Source: Auanema rhodensis (taxonomy: Eukaryota > Animalia > Nematoda). Taken from it: a stretch of DNA of 64,000 nt. The translations under genes were made by a program, and so were the position numbers. The notes below the pieces were generated by a model. That model was not told the origin of the DNA. It did not search any database and saw only the letters and a list, made by a program, of their open reading frames with translations. Where the stretch lies: positions 16,554,001-16,618,000 of the forward strand of contig OZ059895.1 of the NCBI GenBank assembly GCA_964057225.1, given 5' to 3'. Below, in pieces: positions 57,391-64,000 of this stretch (positions are counted from its first letter, which is position 1; each line of letters begins with the position of its first letter).

Positions 57391-58117
57391 ATGCATAGAT
57401 GTGCAGATAGTGAAGACAAAGTACCGTTGAAGAAATTGAAGATATCGTCAGATGTAAGCAGTTCATCAGAAACATCACCTACTGAGGTCTATGTAAGTTA
57501 TAAATTACACATATTTTCCTAATAAGTTTTGTTGTTTAGGGTACCTTAAAATGTGGATATACATATCATGATCATCCTGCTGATATTCAATTACATTCGT
57601 GGGGAACTACTATGTCAGATGCTTTAGAACAATTAGTTTTGTCTATGTATGGATATATGGTTGAACTAGATACCGTAGATGAAGTAATATTTGTTTATCT
57701 TTTCTTTGATTATGTTGAAATATTTCAGGTTTATGCGTATTACTTTACAGCTACGGGCCACGATGAAGATAGTTTGATATTCAGTGTTCTTGAAGAACCT
57801 CTAGTTGCATTCCAGTCTGAACCATTTTTTATCGGCAAACGAGTTGAGGTATTCACAGTTCTATTAACGTAACAACCTTTAACAAGAATTATTTAGGTTA
57901 TTGAAGTCAAGTACGATCCTTTTGAGGTTGTTTTTTGTGCTCATGGAGAATCATTTAAACAGGATAAACACAAGCAGGTACTTGAATCGTACAAAAGTTA
58001 GAGTTCTAATAAATGTCTTTTTTTCAGTTAACAGATATCAAAGCTATAACACATTCGAATATGCAGATTATAAAGAAAGATGATAGAGTTGATATATTTG
58101 TTATTGTTGATATTTAA
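57391..58117 (+). CDS. arch-1: Archease (RtcB tRNA ligase cofactor)
   Basis: YTYHDHPADIQLHSWG; LEQLVLSMYGYM; GESFKQDKHKQ; IKAITHSNMQI..DIFVIVDI. Confidence 0.92.
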
Positions 58118-58220
58118 TATTTAAAAAATTCAATATGTTTTCAATTACTTGGTTATTTCCGTGATATACCTGTTTTATTTGTAATTTTCTTCGTGTTAAT
58201 TATATTTTCGTTTTCTTCAG

Positions 58221-60393
58221 ATGCGGGCCGACGTGCAGAAAAGAGTAATGAAAAGAAAACTTGACAAACTCAAGGGTAGTCATGAACAAAAGAAAAAGAA
58301 GAACGAGAAAAAAGTAAATCAAGAAGAAGAAGAAGTTAAAGAAGAACTTGATGATGTTGAGCAAGATGTAGAAGAAGTGAATGAAGCAGAAAGTGATGCC
58401 GCTGAGGTTTGCATAAACGAAAGCTTGAAACTAATAACTTTGAAGTTGCAGGAGAATACTGATGTTGCCAGTTTTCTTGCTCAGACCACTTTCGCATCAT
58501 TGAAGGGCAAAGTAAATGATAAATTGCTCTCTGCTGTCGCAAAAATGGGTTTCGATACTATGACTGAAATCCAGGCTAAAAGTATCGGACCTTGTCTTGA
58601 GGTATGATTTCATTTTTATTATAGGTTAAGCCATGTAAATTTAGGGAAAGGATGTACTTGGAGCAGCCAAGACTGGTTCCGGAAAAACTTTAGCTTTCCT
58701 TTTACCAGCTTTGGAATTGCTGTATAAACTTGGTTGGAAGCAGCTTAACGGAACTGGAGTAGCTATTATTTCACCTACAAGAGAATTAGCTATGCAAATT
58801 TATGGAGTATTGGTTGAGCTATTAGATGGTTCGCAACGATTAATGATCATCTTTCTATTTTTCTATTTTAGGCTCAAGTTTAACACATGGTCTCATTATG
58901 GGAGGATCCAACAGATCAACTGAAAAGGAAAAACTAGGCAAAGGAGTTTCTGTTCTTGTTGCTACTCCTGGACGTTTCCTTGATCACTTACAAAATACTG
59001 ATGATTTCTTGATTAGAAACTTAAAATGTTTGATTATCGACGAAGCTGATCGTATTTTGGATATTGGTTTCGAAATCGAAATGCAACAGGTATCAAAATT
59101 TCTTTACAGCTCATTGTTGAAATGTTTTCCAATTAGATTCTTCGTCATTTGCCTAAAAAGAGACAAACTATGCTTTTCTCTGCTACACACACAAGTAAGG
59201 TTGATGAGCTTGTTAAAGCTGCTCTTCACTCTGAACCTGTAAAGATTTCTGTATCCGATAAGTGTTCGGTCGCTACTGTAGATGGTTTACAACAGGTATG
59301 GCTTTCAAGTAAACTATCATATTGTAACTTTGCTTTTCAGGGATATGTCGTTTGCCCATCTGAAAAACGGTTCTTGATTCTTTTCACATTCTTGAAGAAG
59401 AATGTCGGTAAAAAGGTCATGGTTTTCTTCTCTTCCTGCAGTTCCGTCAAATACTATGCTGAATTATTAAACTATATTGACATTAACTGCATGTCTATTC
59501 ATGTAAAGTTTCTGTTTCATTACGTTTTACTATTTTTATTTCCTTTCTAGGGCAAACAAAAACAACAGAAGCGTACTACAACTTTCTTGCAGTTCTGTCA
59601 AGCTGATAAGGGTATCTTATTGTGTACAGATGTTGCTGCTAGGTAAAATATTTTCTCAGTTATTCCTCACACTCATTATTACTTGTTTCAGAGGTCTTGA
59701 CATTCCTGACGTTGACTGGATTGTTCAATACGATCCTCCCGATGAGCCAAGAGAGTACATTCACAGAGTTGGACGTACTGCTCGTGGAAAGGACGGAAGG
59801 TAAGCTTAATTCTATTTAACCGAAACTGACTTCTTTTATTGTTCAGAGGTCATGCCTTACTTGTTCTTAGACCTGAAGAATTAGGCTTTTTGAGATATTT
59901 ACGTTCTGCTAAAGTAGTATTGAATGAATATGAGTTTTCATGGAATAAAGTAAGCTTGCTGATATATAAAATAACTCAAAGTATGTTTTCAGATTGCTAA
60001 CATCCAATCTCAATTAGAAAATCTTATCGAGAAAAACTATTACTTGAATAAATCAGCAAAAGAAGCTTACAAAGGATACGTGAGAGCCTACGATTCTCAT
60101 TCCTTAAAGGTATATTTAAGTTGTTTTCTATATGTCTCTTAAACTTATAAAATTTACAGGATATTTATGATGTCAATAAGTTGGATCTTGTAGCAGTATG
60201 TAAATCTTTTGGTTTCGCAGTTCCTCCATTCGTGGATCTTCCAATCAGTCACAAACCAAAGGTATGTTTAAGGCTCCTCCCTATGTACTTATTCTTTATC
60301 TTATTTCAGACTGAAGTGAAATCACAGTTATCTGGTGCTTCATACAGAAAACGACCTAATGAAATTGCTTTTAAACAGAAGAAGAAGCGTTAA
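58221..60393 (+). CDS. DEAD-box RNA helicase DDX18/Has1
   Basis: MTEIQAKSI; [11 protein letters not shown]; SPTRELA; [13 protein letters not shown]; DEADRILD; SAT; HRVGRTAR; [18 protein letters not shown]. Confidence 0.95.
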
Positions 60394-60657
60394 TTTTTTG
60401 TTTTGTTATTCCATTGTTATTCTTTCTTTTTATTTTTGAAATCTTTTTTTGTTATAGTTCCTGTTATGAATTGTGTTGCTTGTTATCGCTGCGGAAAATG
60501 AAGTTATATGATGATCAACTTTCAGTCTTCTGCTTACGATATATAGAGAAAATGATTTAAATGATGGATAAACTAGATCTGCACATGATGCCTTCATTTG
60601 AAGGCATTTAATTATGACCCGCCTCTTATCTTCAGTTTTCAATTTTCTAAGTTATTC

Positions 60658-62501
60658 ATGTGGATTTTAATATTTTTTCTTCAAATTCTGCTCACCGTTC
60701 ACTGTATTCCTGTGCCTAACGGTCAACTAGGTCAGATTCAAGTTATGATAACTGGTCTAAAAGTAGTATTCATGTTTCTAGGTAATGTTGAAGTTGAATG
60801 CGGTGAGGATACTATTGAAGCAGTGTTCTTAACAGAAGCACCTTTCGAAGGTGATAAATGTTGTTAAGCTTTTCCCTGTTCAACAACATTTTAAGGACGA
60901 ATTTTTGTAATTGGTCATGCTCAAGATCCTAACTGCGTTTCTAGAGATGTTGGTAGACGCACCACTTCTATCACAATCAAGAAAAGTGAATGTGGAGTTG
61001 TAACTACTAGATCCGTAAGTCTTCCGATATCCATGCTCTTGAGATTACTTCTGAATTTTCTTGAAGTCGGATCCCAATGGATTATTCTCAACGGTCAAAA
61101 TTATGATTTCTTTCCATACAGACTTTGTTACCAAAGTTGATCGGGTATGTTTTTCAAAAATCTCTTTTTTTCGTTTCTTTCATGTGTTTTCATCTTTTAA
61201 CTATTTTATTGATTTCATAAGCTAAGCTAAGCTATCTGATTAAGCATGATTACTTATAATAGTATTACTATGTCTAACTAGATCCAGTTAGCTGGTTCTC
61301 GTGAAAGTTCTAAGAACAACACAAATCTCATTTCAACTTAATAAAAATATTATTTCAGGGTTATGAAATCAGTTGTTTCTATATGGTTGCCGATAAAACT
61401 GTCACATATCCCTTGACTGTAGCTCCAGAAGTAAGTATATCATACTCATTCGATTCTAAGTTTCATCCTGTTTAAGCAAGTCGCACCTATTAATGAAATT
61501 GCTGAAATGCCTCGGTGCCGATATGAGGTTTAAAATCTGTATCACCTTATGAACCACTAACCAAAGGTTTTTAGGTATTAGATGTCAGAAATGGTAAACA
61601 AGCATCTGTTGTTACTGTTGGTACTCCTCTGCTTCACAGGTGGATCTGTGAAAGTTCTGCTCCAGGTGTGTTCAACTTTTCTTCTCTGTTCTTTTATTTC
61701 GAAATTAAAGAGCATTGGTGTATGACAGTTCACACGTGTGAGGTAGAAGACGGATCAGGAACTCATTTCAAAGTTTTGGATGACACAGGGTTAGCTTTAC
61801 GATGGTAAGCAGAAAAATATTTCTACTTCTATTGATAGGTGCTCCGTTGATCGTTTCCTTCTAAGTAATTTGGAATATCCAACAAATTTACAAGCTCAAG
61901 TTGAAGCTCATGCATTCAAATTCGCTGACAAGGTTTTCGTGACTTCATAGTTCATTTTCTACTTTCTATATTTAGGTTGTTACAAATTACCAATGCAGTA
62001 TTAGGCTAGACATTAAAAACGGAGAATGCCCTGTAAACATTACCTCATAGCTGATTGAGCCATCGAAATTATTTTCAGATTCCGACTTGTCGTGACTTAG
62101 CACCGAAAGCAACACAAGCTCCAAGACGAGGACGATCAGTAGGATCAGTCAAAGAAGTTTCATTCATTATATGATGCCATTCTCAAATAGTGTTTTAAGA
62201 TCCCTCTAACATACAACAAGTCTTCTAATTTCGTTGAAGTCGACGTTCGTGCTCCGCAACTTGATGTTATTGATGCTCGGACAGGTTTGCCAAAATCCAT
62301 TTTCAACTTATATTTCATGATATTGAAGACTTTGGCTATGTATCGAACGACGATGTTGTTCTCACTTTACGAGAAGTTAATTCGGAATTCTGTATTCCGC
62401 ACCACTTTTACGTGATTTCAACAGTTCTAGTAACCGGGACAATCCTGATTCTCTCTACAGCAGTTGTTTTACTTCTAAGATATCAGAAAAAGAGCCAGTA
62501 A
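60658..62501 (+). CDS. Cuticlin-like ZP-domain protein
   Basis: Signal peptide; VEVECGEDTIEAVFLTEAPFEGRIFVIGH; ISFHTDFVTKVDRGYEISCFY; MPRCRYE; GCSVDRFLLSNLEY; AHAFKFADK; furin-like RRGR; C-terminal TM. Confidence 0.9.
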
Positions 62502-63115
62502 CTCTAACTACAAGCTTACTTCACTAATCACAATATCATATCACCTAAATATCGATAGCTTATATCAATTTCCCAACATCTTCATGTGCAATATAACAAT
62601 AATGTTGTGACATTTTACGCTTTTTCTATCAATAAACTTATAATTATACTAAATATGTCTGTGGAACAGCTGTTGGCGGCATTTTGCTTTTGCTTCAAAA
62701 GAACTAGTTGTATCTGGTCATCATTAAGCAACTTTCCATGTTCATCAAACCTGTCCATATCAATATAATTAGGGATATTCGAAAATGAAAGCAGTGGCTA
62801 TTGCATAATAAGATGATTATATGCCCACATTGTCCTGATATCAAATTTACAACCGGAAAGACGATTGATCAACATGGAGTTTCGACAAGATGAGTTGTTT
62901 CAGCTTCTTCTAATCAACTTTTACGAAATTCAATTCACGTTGTCCAACTGAGTCATAACAACAAGGAAATTAGCTTAGCTTGCACCCTTACTTTTCGAGA
63001 AGAATTGTACCTACACTCAGACAAACACATTGAAACATGAAGATATAAGAAATATAACATAACAGAAAACAGCTGAGATTCAGTCTTGTACAGTTTGGGA
63101 ATAAGGCAAACTTGT

Positions 63116-63188
63116 GGCCGCGTGGCGCAATGGATAACGCGTCTGCCTACGGAGCAGAAGATTGTAGGTTCGAATCCTGCCGTGGTCG
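63116..63188 (+). tRNA. tRNA-Arg(ACG)
   Basis: GGCCGCG acceptor stem; TGGCGCAATGG A box; anticodon loop CTACGGA; GGTTCGAATCC B box; TTTT terminator just downstream. Confidence 0.97.
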
Positions 63189-63645
63189 TAACTTTTGGAT
63201 TTTTTAAACTAGTTATTGTTGAAAATACAGTTTTTAGGGAAAAACACTTTTCCAGAATACAATTTTTTGTGAAAAGGAGAATAGAATTGAAAAAGCAACC
63301 GTGCAACAAAGATGTTTAGAATAAAATGACTTAAATTTAAATGATTCATCAGAATCCTATTTCTTTGGACGTTTATATACATTGCAATGACAAAAACATA
63401 ACAAATATCAAAAACATACAGCTACTTGTAACATGATCAACATTCATGCAATATTTGTTATTTTATAGGAGTGAAAACACAATTCGAAAAATTGGAGAAA
63501 AACATTTCAGTAGAAGTTTTGAAAAGCGTACCAACGATAATTTAGCGCGCCATTGCTAACTAACATAGCCCTAATTATGATAGTCGAATTTTTTTGCATA
63601 TTTTTCTTTTAATGTTTTTTTTTTAATAGAGACGTTGTTTTTCAG

Positions 63646-63959
63646 ATGACTCGTGTAGCTAGATTAAAGACTAAAAAAGGAAAGAGAGTTTTGGAAGACA
63701 GAGCACCAAAAGTAATTGAAAATGATAAAAAAGCTCTATTTGTAAAAGGAGGAAAAACTACTCAAATTGTCAGTGACGCTTTGAAAGATCTTAATAATCT
63801 GAAGAAACCGTTAGTTGTTAGTTTAAAAAGGTATTTTTCTTGTTATATTGATAACTTAATATATTTTCTGTTGCAGAAGAAATCCTTATCACCCATTCGA
63901 AGATGAAACACCAATTGAAAGAATTTCTCTTAAATTTGACACTTCTATGTTTTTGTTTG
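63646..63959 (+). CDS. Ribosome production factor 2 (Brix domain), 5' part; continues past the window end
   Basis: KTKKGKRVLEDRAPKVIENDKKALFVKGGKT..LKDLNNLKKP..KNPYHPFEDETPIE..FDTSMFLFG. Confidence 0.9.
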
Positions 63960-64000
63960 GTGAGTTCTACTATCACTATTCATGCATTAACAATTTTTTA

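Noticed and set aside
62953-63319. ORFs on both strands at 62953-63319
   Set aside because: They overlap the tRNA-Arg gene and are spurious

Overview
Gene-dense, AT-rich eukaryotic DNA from a rhabditid-like nematode with a compact genome (introns mostly about 40-55 nt, TTTCAG trans-splice-type acceptors just before many ATGs, operon-like spacing). I hand-spliced about 24 protein-coding genes: bath-40, riok-2, hprt-1, two tandem p24/GOLD paralogs, cpb-2, a ZnT5/7-type transporter, erlectin, mrpl-24, ZIP11, a kappaB-Ras-like GTPase, a divergent innexin, TRAPPC10, a GH20 hexosaminidase, SLC38A10, an EGF/PPxY membrane protein, NICE-3/C1orf43, mab-20 semaphorin, UBAP1, MAF1, archease, DDX18, a cuticlin and RPF2 (partial). 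There is also one tRNA-Arg(ACG). The most striking feature is a 739-bp miniature Maverick/Polinton derivative at 45350-46088. It has AGTAGT...ACTACT termini, 269-bp TIRs with one mismatch, a perfect 6-bp TSD, and a core that is the truncated 5' part of an adenain-like capsid-maturation protease gene. Other notable items are a GC-rich RNA stem that would bury a 5' splice site in the ZIP11 zinc-transporter gene, a recent 185-bp partial duplication of hprt-1, GC-AG introns and relaxed splice acceptors. CDS coordinates span introns. Gene names come from my recognition of translated motifs, not from database searches.
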